Positions 25,828 through 39,303 of a stretch of DNA of 64,000 bases are shown here, one piece after another. This DNA is from Squalus acanthias (lineage: Eukaryota). The translations under genes and the position numbers were made by a program. Positions within the stretch are counted from its first letter, which is position 1. Every line of letters begins with the position of its first letter. The notes below the pieces were generated by a model. That model ran no database searches. It saw only the letters and a program-made list of their open reading frames with translations, and was not told the origin of the DNA. The DNA lies in contig CM059432.1 of assembly GCA_030390025.1 (NCBI GenBank), forward strand, positions 65,474,001 through 65,538,000, read 5' to 3'.

Positions 25828-26304
25828 AATGATTGAAACTTTGAACTTTGGCGAGGCGCAAAATGGGCGGCAGCGGATTGGCTGCCCGTTACACGCGACG
25901 TCTGATTTTTTTTCCCATTAAGCATAATATGGTGGTCATCATTTGACATTGGTGCCAAATTTGAAAACTTTTAATTAAAATTTCCAGCCTCAGTAAGAAA
26001 GGAAATCTATTGTAATTAGTTTTACCTCCTCTAAATAAGTAATTTGTATCAGAAGCAACAGAAGATGAATAAAATATGTTCTCCTTCTTTCTTTCAAAGG
26101 TAAGATTGAGAGTGTGGAAATATCTAGACTAGAAATTGGAGTTGATGTTTAGTTGATTTCATTGGACAAAAAAATTAGCTTTTCTCATTTCAGAGAGTGA
26201 TTATAGCAGTTTTAATCGGGTTTTGAGTTTGATGGGAATGGCTCAGATCAAATGGAACCAAATCAAATATTTAAACCAAGCTTAAAGGTTGAGACCTTCC
26301 ACTC

Positions 26305-26481
26305 TCAAACCCTGTCTGCCCTCACAGGTGGATGTAAAAGATCCAATGGCACTATTTGAAGAAGAGATGGGGAATTCTGTTGGTTTCTTTGCCAACATTT
26401 ATCCCTCAACCAACATCACCAAACATCACCTTGTGGTGTACAAATTGGCTGCCGCATTTGCTTATATCACAATAGAGACTT
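26305..26481 (+). mobile_element. Deu-domain SINE (SacSINE1/AmnSINE1-related) fragment
   Basis: GTCTGCCCTC.CAGGTGGATGTAAAAGATCC.ATGGCACTATTTGAAGAAGAG...ATTTATCCCTCAACCAACATCAC...AAATTGGCTGCCGC is the Deu core as recalled. Confidence 0.82.
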
Positions 26482-26482
26482 G

Positions 26483-28099
26483 GGTCCTGATTTTAACTCC
26501 GGGAGGGTTTTGGGTGGGTAGTAGCAAGGTGACTTTAAAACTCACCCGCTGCTGACAAGAACAGGCCCGGGGTATTTTTAACTCCCGGGCCTCACTATAA
26601 TCTGACTGGCAGGTTTCCCACTGAACTGGCTGATCTGACAGGAAAGCTGCCCACTTTTCTGGAGTGCAATTACCAGTAGGTCTGCCAGTGGCCTTAAAAC
26701 AATATTGCATTCCCTGTGGCTTGTTTCATTGCCAAAATGATTGCAGAAAAATCTTTAAGAAAAAAGTAGAAGGCAGGTACCACTGCTCTCAGTAGAATCC
26801 CTGGAGGTTGTTTTTGGAAGCGATGAGGGAAAGGAGGGAACTCCTGTTCCACAGCAGTAGCAGGAGGGTTGCCAAATATTTTGTCCACCAGGCAAGGAGA
26901 GATTTCAGAGGTCATCAGCTCCAGGAGTGTCACTGCTAGGGCCTGGACACAGTGCAGGAAGTGCTTCAATGACCTGACTAGAGTAGCAAGAGTGAGTACT
27001 TCTTCATTTATCACCGTCTCTCTAGAACACAAGTTATTCAACCTCTCCCAGGACTCTCAACAATTCCCTTCTTTCCATCACTTCCTTCAACACCTAGCAT
27101 GAGGTCACAAGAGACCAGCTCTCATTCTCATACCAAACACACGTTCACCATTTCCTTGCTCCCTTCACACCAGTCACTAGTAGCACTCTCCTCTCACTTG
27201 GTAGCTATTACACAATCAGCAACTTCTCTTAGGGTGGCTCCTCACTTCACACTCCAGACACTTGCTTCCCATTCAACATCTACTCATCCTGCTTGCATCT
27301 TGCTTCTTCCTTCTCTCAGCATATGCCCCACACATCTGCACTCTCCTTTCATTCACTAACTCTTGCTCTTTCTTTCTTTCTGTAAGACAAATCGCTGTAC
27401 AATAATCATCAGAGGAGCAAGACTAGGGAGGACCAGCTAACCTCAATGATCCTGCGTGAGCTGGAGCAGCAAGCCATGGATATTTGTGGGCCTGCTTTTT
27501 GAGGCATTTTGAGGTTGGGGATGTCACCGAACAGGGGCTCTGACAATTATTACCCCTTCTTTAAACACTGGAAAAATACACATTCAGTCAATTTGACTAC
27601 ATCAAATTACATTGTGATGCATGTCTTCTGCAACTATGCAGCCTCCCAAAGCTATACTTTTCTATTTCCTCTAAGACCTTTCCAGCAGTCAGACTTCAGA
27701 GGCCCAAGCAATGAGAAGAAAACAGATTGCCTCGCACAAGCAGTTATACAAAGTGTTGGAAGGCCTGTCAAGGAGTTTCAGCACCATGGCTGAGATGGAG
27801 AGGTTTACGTTTCCCTTGTGGAGCCCAGAGGAGCTCTCTTGCTCCTCCTGACCCCACAAAGGGAAGTTTTAAACTTACCTTACAAAGCCTCTTCATTGCT
27901 CCAACTAGGTTGTTGCTGTCAGGGGCTCCAATTCCTTCCAGGTTACCATGCCATCGAGGTCCTATTGATGTGCATGAATAGATGAGGCTCCCACATAACT
28001 CAGGTGGGTGCCTCATGCCTGTAGAATCAGGTACGTAAAAATCCAAGTTGAGCGGGAGCGGAGTGTGTACTTCACCCACTCCATTTTAAAATTCACCCT
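26483..28099 (+). mobile_element. Old non-autonomous Harbinger derivative with a spliced Myb/SANT remnant
   Basis: SSRSVTARAWTQCRKCFNDLTRVAR is followed by donor GTGAGT at 26992. A polypyrimidine tract at ~27360-27385 precedes DKSLYNNHQRSKT/GGPA. TIRs are degenerate. Confidence 0.68.
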
Positions 28100-30199
28100 G
28101 ATGTGTATTGGCAAGCGTGCCTAGCTTAGCTTGGCTACCTTTTTGAGGCCTCTTCCAGCACTGTATGGCAGTTCTTGGGATGGTGGAGGAAGCACTGACT
28201 GCCTTTACCATCCCCCTTCATACATGCTGCATTACCCTTTTATGGGGCTTCCTGCCCTTAGTACCCAACAATCTGCTGGCCCTAACTTTTGACAAAGGAC
28301 CTCCAGGGAAACGTTCAAGAACCTTGGAGCCCTTCTAACTGCTGACATCCTCAAGCCATTATTACAGCGAAACTACCCTTTAACCAGCTACAGCCTTTCA
28401 AAGGCTGCACTAGAACCGTAGTCCACTCCTTCCCTCACAGTGGCGGTAAACCTATCAGATGGTATTACCACTCCAAACTCGCCTTTTAAAGCAAATGAAG
28501 GTCCCAGGCTGAAATTGCAGCAGGTTAACGGTAGATTCATATTGGCAGATGGAATTCCCACTCTGCCACTAACCTGCCAATGGGAGAGAATTCCAAGCTG
28601 CTATATCGAAACACTGCTGCTTTGCAGTATTTCTGAAATGAAATTTTATGTGGTGCTTTCTAAAAAAACTTGTTGGTAACACTCCGGAACAAGTCTGTGA
28701 TTTATTTTCAGATTTTTTTGTCATGAACTAAAGATTCCTGTTTCCTGCAATCACTCCACCAGCACATCCTCGAAAAATTGGGCTGCTCCAATATCAAATG
28801 TAGAAATAACCTTGTGCAACTCCACATCTGTTCCTTTCTTACTTTCACTAACCCACATGACATACATTTTTTTACCTGCTTTGTCAGTTGATTAGAACAG
28901 TAGATTGTTGTATATTAACTCTAATAATCCAATTTATTTTCTTCCATGCTGTATGCATTATTTTTGGTGCACTATGCTCTTTTCAGTAAAGTATATTATT
29001 TCATTGCAAAAAATTTATAGGATACTGCCTTAAGGCATTTCTAGTATGTAACAAATTACTCACTTATCAATACATAACATAGGAACAGACTGCAATTGTG
29101 TGATGATATGTACAATAATATCATTATTTGAAGTTATAGCAAGGCTTTCTTCACAGATGGTGCTATATGAAAATCACTGTAAAATATTCAATAGTCTTTT
29201 TGGAAAGCTTACAGCAGACTTCCAGTCCCACTTCATATTGAATACTGCTGTTGCTATTGGTAACAGCTCAGGCTGTTTTAAGATGTTGTCATAATCAGTT
29301 ATCTCCCCTGCAGATAAAAAATAGCTCTTTAAATTAGGAACATCGGAGGTAGATCTCTCAATAGCTCACTGGGGCAATGTAGATATTAAAAATCAACAGA
29401 GTTATAATCTAGATATGATACAGTAAATACTTTTTATCCTTTGTAGTCTTTTGCATGTCATTGTTGAGACCAATAAGCGGTTGTGTGTTTCTGTGTAGTT
29501 GTAAACATATAAGTAGTAGGCAAGAATTTAAACATTTTCGTGATTAGGAGAACAAAAAACAAAGTTTTCCAATTCATTACCTTGAACTTTCCATTTGTAC
29601 CTGCATGCTGTCTTTGATCTTTGTATATTTCTATCACATTTCAGGTAATAACCTAATCTTGTAGAAATCTGGCTGTGTGGGAAATGGGGCGAGACAAACT
29701 GAATGTCCTGAAGACTGGTCTAACTGTGCTGCATTTGGTAATGACTATGTCCAAACAAATGCCACAGAGATACTGCGTAAAACTCATCAAATTGTTAAAG
29801 AAATATCTCTATTGCTGCTATAATTAAGAATTGAGCCTTTGAATAGTTGCAATTAAGAATTAAACACTTGCATAGGTGGCAATAACAATTATACATTCAC
29901 ATAGGAACAGGAGTAGACCATTCGATCCCTCGAGCCTGTTTTGCCATTCAATGAGATCATGGCTGATCTGATTTACAACAGTATCATTTTTGCATGATAG
30001 ACATTGTGCACAATGTAAAATGACAGTAAAATGTTCAAAAGCATGATACTAGGGAATGGTTTGCGACTTATTGATAGTTTATTGACATTCACCTAGTCAT
30101 TGCATGAATGAACATCCAGAATAATTTGAACTTTGAATTTGAATTCAGATTCCCTGAAATCCAGGGTTTTAAACAGAATTTTTTCAAGGAAAATAAAAG

Positions 30200-31480
30200 C
30201 CTCCATTAAACTGACATATACAGGACCACCAGGGAACTCAGATGCATAGCCTATTGGACTGCTAGAAAGAAAACTCATATGCCATTATAATCACCCGTTA
30301 ATTTGGACATATATCAATGTGCGCTTCAGGAAAGCTCAGATACATACCCAGTAGACATCAGGAGAACTTGGCCACATACACAACAAGCCATCAGAGAGAT
30401 GGAGATATAGGGGGAAAAATTCAGTTGGTTGCGCCTCCCGTTAGCGCCTTAAGAGGGCGCTAATGGGGCGCAAAGCATCGAGTGCCCAGGCACGGCGATG
30501 TATGCGCCGCTCGCGAAATTAACTAGACATTTTGCGGCGGCGCTAAACACTACCACCACGATCTCCTGCGCCGGCAGATCGTGACGTCAGTCGAGTGCGC
30601 AACGCCCCGGTATCGCCCCGGAGCGGATATTGAGTGGCGCCCCCTGCCTTACCGCCTGACGCTAGCAACGACAGGTTGAGGGGAGCATTTTGCAGTCATG
30701 AAGGGACTGGGGGAGCGCTATTTAAAGGCGACCGCTTCCTGCCTTTTATTGTTGGTGCCATTTTTGAACCACGCATTCTGAGAGAGAGAGAGAGAGACTT
30801 CTGGAGAGATTCAACGCTGTGTGAAGGAGTTTTTGGTACTGAGCAGCACTTTGCAGGTTCATTTTGATTTGCCATTCCTTGTATCGATTTAGAAGAGATT
30901 GTGGGGGCTGCACTCTGAGCTCTTTGCCTGGTACTCTCCATTGTTCTTTCCAGCAGATTTGATGTGCAGGTCTCTCTAGGCCGAGATTCAAAGCTGCAAT
31001 GAGCAGGATGTGGATGGGAAGCAAGATCAACCATCCCCTTTAAGAACTGGTCCGTGCCATTGTGTGTGTGTTCCATTGCTGACTGACATCACATGAGCTT
31101 CGCCAGCACTCTGAGGTAGCGCCTCGCTCCTCGGCCTTTGCGCCTTAAGACAGGTGTGAAGCGCCTGATTTAGCGCTCCAATCACCTCCAGGGGCGATAA
31201 AAGTCAAGTTTGCAGTTGGTGGCGATAATTAGCGCCAGGCGCTAATCTTTGCGCCCGGCCGATAATTGCGCCCCAAATGGGGCGATACTGAATTTCTCCC
31301 CCATACTGACTAGACATCAACAAACATGGACATTTACCCACTAAACATCAGAGAACATGGATATATACCTAATAAAACTCAAAACAGCTGGAATACATAA
31401 TCAACAGACAATTAGAGAACATGAAAACATACCCGCTAGAACATAAGAGAACTGGGACACGTATCCAACCAGGCCTCTAG
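30200..31480. repeat. Highly degenerate ~31-33-bp tandem repeat (approx. CATCAGAGAACATGGACATATACCCACTAGA) split by a MITE
   Basis: Units are recognisable at 30335-30409 and 31303-31480, on both sides of the insertion. Confidence 0.6.
30410..31302. mobile_element. Harbinger-type MITE (family B)
   Basis: 16-bp TIR GGGGGARAAATTCAGT with 1 mismatch, TSD ATA on both sides, CRE at 30582, TATTTAAAGG at ~30719. Confidence 0.9.
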
Positions 31481-31814
31481 AGAATGCATAAAATAATTTA
31501 TAAGCCAATCTAAATAATTCCATAGCAATGATTAGTGCTATGGAACAAAAGAATATAAAATAAAAATTTTGCACTATAGCACTAAGTGGAACGTTTATTG
31601 TAGAGCTAGCAATCCTAAAAGCAACTTTGGTAAAATCAACTCCAGAGTTAATTAATCTCAATAAGCCATATAGTGTGCATTACAGTATCTGGATGAATGA
31701 ATATGCATGTGTTAAAACATACGATTCAAGTCTTCAAATCAGTTTCACTTTTATGATAATTCTGATTTACACTGAAAAAGTTTTATGACCTCTTCACTTT
31801 GAATCCAACAAGAC

Positions 31815-32290
31815 AACAGCAACTTGCATTTACGTATTGCCTTTAATTTAAAAAAAACAAGGCATTTCAAAATCGGATGCAAAGTCAGGAAGAAAGAAAT
31901 TAGATAGGGTGACAGGAGTTTTATTTAAAGTAAAGGGAGTGGTCAGGAAATGGAGAGGTTCAGGGAAGGAGTTCCAAACTGTAGGCCCAAGGCATCTGAT
32001 GGCTCTACTACCAAAGGTGGAGCAAAGGGAAGGGGATGCATAGAAGGCCAGAATCAGGGGAACAAAATGTTCAGGAAGAGATTACAAAGCTACAACTGGA
32101 GGAGGTGGAAAAGATAAGGTGGGCTCATGCCATGGAGGAATTTCTAGATGAGGACAAGGATTTTCAATTGAATATACTGGGGGATGGGAAGCCAATATAG
32201 ATCACTGAGGATGTCATTGATGGGTACTGGGATTTAGTGTAGTTGCAGTTTATGGAGGGTGGAGGAATGGTAGACTATAAAGAAGTGTTA
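31815..32290 (-). mobile_element. L2 LINE 3' fragment (old)
   Basis: CAACAGCAACTTGCATTTA end and a purine-rich body colinear with 22400-22950. Confidence 0.62.
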
Positions 32291-32734
32291 TAGACTAATC
32301 CTTCCTCGATCCAATCTCAAATCAGGTGGGATAATAACAGAAAATTGGACAAAATTGGGTGGTAAGGCCTCCCACTATGTTTCTGCTCTGTGCTAAATTT
32401 TCCTCCACCCACCTCTGCTGGGACCACTGTGGTTGCCTCTTCTCCAACAATTGCATGTAAATGCTGATGAAGGGGTGAGGCCTGGATTTCTGGTGGATTT
32501 TCCTGCTGTCCGCCCTTCTTACTGTTGTTCCCCAGCACTGCCTGGAGAAAGGAGGTTATAGGCTAAAGATAACAGCAGTGATGACCCTAAATTCTGTAAA
32601 TAGAGGGATAGGGCTCAGTAGCGATGTCCTCTCCCTTCAATTCAGCAACCGCCTTTTACTTTTGTAGGCCTCAGTCTTAACCAAGGCCCAAAAAATGGTA
32701 GATATTTTCATCTTTGGGGCTTGTTTACCCTTTT

Positions 32735-33090
32735 ATAGAATCATAGAATCATACTGAACAGAATGAGGCCATTAGGCCTATCGTGCCTGTGGAGGCTCTT
32801 TGAAAGAGCTATGCAATTAATCCCACTCTCTTGCTCTTTCCCGTATAGCCCTGCAAATTTTTCCTTTTCAAGTACCTATACAATTCCCTTTTGAAAGTTA
32901 CTATTGAATCTGCTTCCACCACCCTTTCAGGTAGTGCATTCCAGATCATAACAACTCACCGCATAAAAACATTTCTCCTTATCCCCCCTCTAGTTCTTTT
33001 GCCAATTATCTTTAATCTGTGTCCTCTGCTTACTGATCCTCCTACCAGTGGAAACAGTTTCTTCTTATTTACTCTATCAAAACCCCTCAC
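32735..33090 (-). mobile_element. CR1 3' fragment
   Basis: (TAGAATCA)n tail followed by the reverse complement of the ORF2 C-terminus. Confidence 0.75.
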
Positions 33091-33319
33091 TACCTTTTGC
33101 AGTGCTGCCACAGTGTCCCCACTGCAGTACTGCCTGATTTCCCTCTTTGGCCCTGGCTACCACCCACTTGGCAGTGGAAATACTACCTAAAGCCCGCCTT
33201 GCATGGCCAGTGACTTCCTGATCAGGAAAATGGGTCAGGATTGTGGCAGGGTCAGAGAGGTGGACGGAGGTCCCATCCTCTCACTAGCCCACTTCTAGAG
33301 GAATATCTAATCGATCATG

Positions 33320-34090
33320 TCTGAATTTGACAAGGGCATGGTTAAAAGTTTCAGTGCCAGAGAGGCTGAGGCAGTAGTGGAGGAGGGAGATGCTGCACAG
33401 GTATGTGGTCTTGGTGATTAATACGATGTGGACTTTAAAGCTCAACTCAGAGTTGAACAGGATGTCAAGAATGTGAATGGTCTGGTTCAGTCTGAGAGAT
33501 CAGCCAGGGAGGTGAATGGAGTCAGTGGCAAGGGAGCAGAGTTTGTTATAGGAGCCAAACATGGTTTTCCCAGTGTTGAGCTGGAGAAAGTTGTGACTTG
33601 CCCAAGACTTAATATCTGACAACACAGAGGCAGTCAAGGGGCAGAAAGAAGTAGTGGGAAAGTAGAGCTGGGTATCATCAGTGTATATGTGCGAGCTGAT
33701 CTTGAGTCTGCGCATGATGTCACCAAGGGGCAGCATATAATTAGGAAGAGATGAGAGCCGAGGATAGATTTTTGGAAGATGCCAGAGAAGCCGTTGCTGG
33801 AGATGCACTGGATCATTTGGATAGGCAGGAATGGAACCATGCAAAGGCAGCCTTATAGAGCTGGAAAACACGAGAGGAGTGGAAGGAGTTTGATAAATGT
33901 TGTGGAAAAGTTGAGGATGAGGAGGAGGGATAATACATCATGGTTACAGTCATAGAGCATGTCATTTGGGACTTTGGCGAGGGTTGTTTTGAAGCAGTGT
34001 GAAGCTGGTCTGGTGGGATTTGAACTGGGTGTTTTGGGAGAGATGGAGACGGAGCTGGGAAGTAACAACACATGTGAGGAGCTCAGGGAG
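33320..34090 (-). mobile_element. L2 LINE RT fragment
   Basis: Minus ORF 33500-33871: YMLPLGDIMR..HIYTDDTQLY..DIKSW..NFLQLN.GKT. Confidence 0.82.
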
Positions 34091-37065
34091 GAATGAAGGA
34101 AAAAACAAGCCAAAATATGCTGCTGACTTTGGTATTATATCCTTTAATTTACCATGCTGTGGTAGCAAATACATCTTTTCAGATGTATTAATGTAGACTT
34201 ATGGATTTATATATGGGATACAGATCTCAATTTTTCAATCAGTTCCTTCACAAATGCTAAACATTTACCAATAGCAAATTTTATTAATCTTGAACACGTT
34301 AAGAATATTTGTGACACACCAATAATAGCAAAATATTCAATTTATTATAGGGGTGCTTTATTAATGCCTCCTGAATAGTGGTCCAGTGACACAGCTTGTT
34401 AGAGCGCCAACATTCTCAACCAAGGACTGTATCATTGCCACTACCCATGATTCTCAAAGGGGGCACGAGCACAGTATCCAAGCAAAAGGTTTGAGGTAGT
34501 GTAATGTGGAACCAAAGGAGCAATCCATGTTCTTTGACACTACCTCACGACCCTTGCTTAGATACTCCATCAGGACTTCCTTTGAAAAATGCAAGTGTTG
34601 TCAATACTGGGAGTAATTGGGTACAGCTTTACATCTGCAACTCTTCGCACAGCAACCTCCTAGCTTAAAGTCTGTTAACAGAATGAGACACTGATCAGAA
34701 ATCAGGTGAAAGCTGTCATGAGGTCACCTCTGTGCTACTCTTGGTCATCTTCTAATGGCCAGATCAAATGCAGCATTGGCAGAGATTTGGGAGCAGGTCA
34801 TCCAGCCACCATCTTAGCCAGTGAGTATGTGGCATGGGGAAATCTAAAGACATTTAAAGCAAAATACCTTGGAAAAAAAAGGGAACATTTATTTGGAATA
34901 TGTCACATGATGTAGGTCATAGATGTTAATTAACTGCAATTAGATATACCTTTGATCCTCATTACAGTTAGTTATTAAATTGTTGGTCACCAAAGATATT
35001 GCGAAAATCAGTTTCATGTATTTCATGAGACATACATATTAAAAACGTTAATATAATATCCATCTGCAAACCCAATACATTTTATCATATTTTCAGGCTT
35101 CTTGTGGTTTTGAAGGATAGTAAAGCATTTTTAATTAGCTTTGACAAATATAAAATTGTTCAAATAATATGATACAGTGACAGAAAGTGTATACTCCTTC
35201 TGACTGTGTCTCTGCTGCACAGAATTCTTGTGCACAGCTGCATCTCTCCGGTTTCCTTGCATAGTGTGAGGTATATAACGTGAGGTATATAAGTCATGCT
35301 GAGTAATCACTCACAGTGTGTTCAGGTTCTTCTGCTTCTTAAAGGCTCCTGGTGGGATTTCTCTGATCCTGTTAAATCTCAGGTCCCTGCAAGATAATTG
35401 GCAAGATTCAGACATTGATCATTGAAAGTGATATTTCTCTGGGGCCACATCGTGAAGCAAATTGATTTTAAGCTGCTAGATACAGCTGCAACACAATGGA
35501 GCCACTTTCTCTCATTGGAATTCCCATTAACACATGGTTCTGGACATTCTGATTGGGAAAAATGCCTGGTTCGTACTACCGCAGTGCACAATACACACTT
35601 CCAGTAGGATGGGGGGGGGTGGGGGGGCGGTGCAGCCAAGATGCTGTTGTGAGATCTCCCGCATGTGCTTTCTCCTTTTACGCCATGTTTACGGCAAAAC
35701 AAATTAACACTCATGTAACTGAACGTCCAGGGTTGCCAGGTGAGTAAAATTAAAGAGCCACAAAGAAACTTCTTTTTCCCATATTAAGGCCTTTCTGGAC
35801 TATTTCTCTAATCAGAATTTTTAACTGTATCGCTTTACAAAAGGGTCAGCCAGGGCATTTGACAGTTATTTTCAGGGGGCAGGGATCCCGACCCTCCCCC
35901 TCCCAGACAGCCACTGTACCACCGTAACTTGGGCAGGCAGGTCCTCTAGATGCGTCCCTAGTACCATGAGTGCTGGCATTCCCATTCAAATCAAAGGACC
36001 TCCCCTTACTCCAGCAGCCTTGGGAGAAATCAATGGCGAATGCATCCCTGCCCTTACACCGGGACGCACTTCTCCATGGAGTTGCAGCCCCATAGTCTAC
36101 TGCTTAAGTGCAGCTGTGTGTCCTTTTAAGAATATGCCCAGGTCAGTTACAGCTATTACAGAGGTTAGTGAGCCCAGCAGGATTTTGGGCCTGTTAAGAT
36201 TAATTGTTGGAAAATCCGCCAGAGCTTGCTGACCTTGCTTCTGAGCTCCCAATATGTGCTCCTGGCAGACAAATTTGTCTGCCGGGACAGCGAATTCATA
36301 AAATGTACTTTATGGTATCACGAGTAAAGTCATATCAATATTATGAATGGAAAGCTAACTTATGAACAAAGCCATAAAATAAAAAGATTATTTACAAAAC
36401 AGAATTCATTCAACAACTAAACAGCATGAATTATGACTTATATTTCAGTGTACTTATACCCAACTGCATCAAGCATTTTTCACAAGAAGCCAAACTATGT
36501 AATGGAGTTTTAGAGGTGAAAATAACTATGACAAAGTACCATTAATGCTAGGCCTATACTCATTGTTAAATCCCATTAACCTAAATCTTGTTGAAAAATG
36601 TATTAATATTTACAGTGCATCCCCAAGGAGTCCTCTATGTCCTGCATTTTATTTAGTGAAGAGTGACACAGCCAGACTGATGAAATGTTACCCAAGAGAA
36701 TGTCCTATGACAATAATTGCAATATGATTCATATTTAGAGACTGGTTACAGAATAACTTTGGCTATTCGATCCTGGAAATTACGCTGCTTTGAAATAAAT
36801 GGGTTCACACCTCCATTGAAATAGCTGGCAGCGGAATTTGATACAAATGTGTTATTTCCAGGTTGGTCTCTTCTGACTACTTGCTGTGCTTTAGTTCCTT
36901 GGCTTAGATTACTTCATGCACCCACTCCACAGTTTGCCAAATGAATTGCAGCATATTCAGGGCTTTGCAAAGGAGCTCAGTAAGCACAGACATTTTTAAC
37001 TGCAGCAGTTTTTTTTAAATGTTAAAAATACACAGACAAGTCCTTGCTATAATTAATATGTACCG

Positions 37066-38262
37066 ATAGAGATTTTCCCTCCTTGCAGTTTTCGGGCGGC
37101 CAACTTCCTCCACCTGGTGGACATGGAAACCGGGCGGAACAGGAGTTAAAATGGGAGCAGTACTCTTACTGCTTGATTCCTGTCCAACACTCCTTTTAAC
37201 ACCACTGTTTTTTCGGACAGCTAGGCACATGCCTGACTCAGCCGGGAGCCCCATAAAGTTATGCCAACCGGGGTCCCATCACTTAGATTTGAACTAATAC
37301 TGACGAGGTCGTCCGTTGCGAGATCTCTGCTCAGTAAAAATCTGGCAGACAAAAGTAAGACCCAGTAAAGCCCCGTAAAGAAAGTTTGTGTCACTGCCAC
37401 CCCAAGTCCTCCTCCCCACTCTGCCCTTCCTACCCACAAAAACCTCCCGAACCCCGCCCCCCTCAACTTGCCTGACTGTCAGCCTTGTGTCAGTTCCCAC
37501 CATTTACTGTAAGTAACATTTTACAACACATCTCAAAATAACAGTAAATGATGGGCTAAGTTTTCCTCAGTGGCGGCTTTATCTTCAGAAGGAGACTGCA
37601 CTTATGCCCACTGGTGTGACCTCACTGTGACCCCCTTGGATTTTCCTCAGTGGGATCTAATTAAAGGTTTAGGGATTATTTGCGTCTATTAGAAGCCTGT
37701 CTCAGAGGGTATGGGGGGAGTGGAGTCTGGTGGTGCTGCAGTGTTAAACTGGCTGCAGCAACTGAAAGGGCCAAGCCAATCATCTTGTGTCTCTAACAAT
37801 GCAGCTTGCCGCAATGTCTGAGGCTGCTGCTTCTTCAGGGCACCAAACCTCCAATTTTACAGATTCTTCAGATGAGGTGCTTGAAATCCAGATTTTTGGC
37901 CCCTGAAGGGCGGCCAACAAAGAGCATGTTCTAGGCCCAGTGGAAGGAGTTGGCCTTGACAGTAAGTGTCACCTTCAGAAATCCCTGTATGGCTGCTCAA
38001 TGCCAGAAGAAGTCTACTGATCTCTCCCAGCCAGCAAAGATTACAATAGAATGGCCTCGAAATTGGAGCATGCAGCCGTAAAGCAGGCGCCGACAGGTCC
38101 AATTTGGTGGGTGGCATGCACATGCACTGGAAGTGCGCCGCCCACCATATTGGTTAGGGCTCCTCCGTAGGCGTCCAGGGTGCATGCCTGAAATTGCCGT
38201 TAGGACCATTGCAGATGCAAATCATAGGCCTAGCGCCTGTTCCAGGCGCCTTTGTGAAATTG
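37066..38262. mobile_element. Cluster of decayed GC-rich MITE-like elements
   Basis: Ends resembling the family TIR (GATTTTCC at ~37071, GGGCTAAGTTTTCC at ~37553) and CpG-rich bodies; boundaries uncertain. Confidence 0.4.
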
Positions 38263-38819
38263 GTCTGAGAATGATCACAGCATGCACCATACATCGCTTA
38301 GTCAATTTCTTCATGCACTCAGTATCCAAAGCAGCATTCCGTAGAGGGACCACTGGAGGTTGTCACCTAAAATGCCAGTTTAACGTTTCTTACTCATCTT
38401 ATTGTAGAGCCAGGCTCCACAATAAGGTAAGTAAGAAACTATAAACTTGTATTTCAGGTCACATGTTGTGGCGTATTTGGATGTGGTTCCAAGCAGCACT
38501 GCTGACATGACCCAGAGAGAGGATTATGTCGGTCTTTTGTTTAAATCAGTTCCTACAGACAATGAACAACCTGCAAAACTTGGAAAAGCTGGCAAACAGC
38601 TTCAAAAAAGCTGCAGCAGCCCAGAAAAAGTTACAACTTAAAAAGAATGTATAAATTGGAAAACAACCCAGAATAAAGGCCATTGCTTCAAGCTGACTAA
38701 ATTCCTTTATTACATTGGATTTCAGTACTTTTATTAGTGTTTTGGGATCACATTCCACAATTCAGTCTGTGTTTCTCTGAAAACTGAAAACAAATGGCCC
38801 AATGTATAATATTAAAAAA

Positions 38820-39303
38820 AGTAGTTCCAATGGGAGTCCAGTGGGACATGGTCGGTGGGTGGGAGTGGGAACTTGTGGCAGGAGGCCGCAGCCAGGGCCC
38901 GGCAGTTGGTGGGTGGTCTTGCCGTGTTCGTGGGGAGGGGGCGTCTGGCCACTATGTGGGGGAGGAGGAGTAGCCCAGTGCAAGGGAGGCCCAAGGCTCC
39001 TTCTTACTTACCTTCTGGGCCTCTTCTAGCCCAGGGTCTGGCTCACGGCTGGTTTTCCCTGACGTGGGAGTTGACTCAGCTGGAAATTGCAAATCAGGTC
39101 CTGATGACATCATCAGACCCGATCTGCATATTTAAAGTAGGACTCCGCTTCCTTCCTGTGGGTGTCCTGCTCAAAAAGACAAGTTAATATTGGGACATGA
39201 CGGGAAGGAAGCAGAATGGGTGGCGTAACTGACTCATGTTATTTTAACAGCCCCCTCCTCCCTGCCCAGTTTCTGCCAGGTGGGGGCAGTTAAAATTGGG
39301 TCC
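38820..39303. mobile_element. Partial Harbinger-type MITE
   Basis: Right end TTAAAATTGGGTCC, decayed CRE TGATGACATCATCA at ~39102, TATTTAAAG at ~39129, ACTTACCT at ~39006. Confidence 0.5.

Noticed and set aside
29661..29737. Possible small exon (KSGCVGNGARQTECPEDWSNCAAF)
   Set aside because: Weak splice signals, unrecognised peptide; chance occurrence is plausible.
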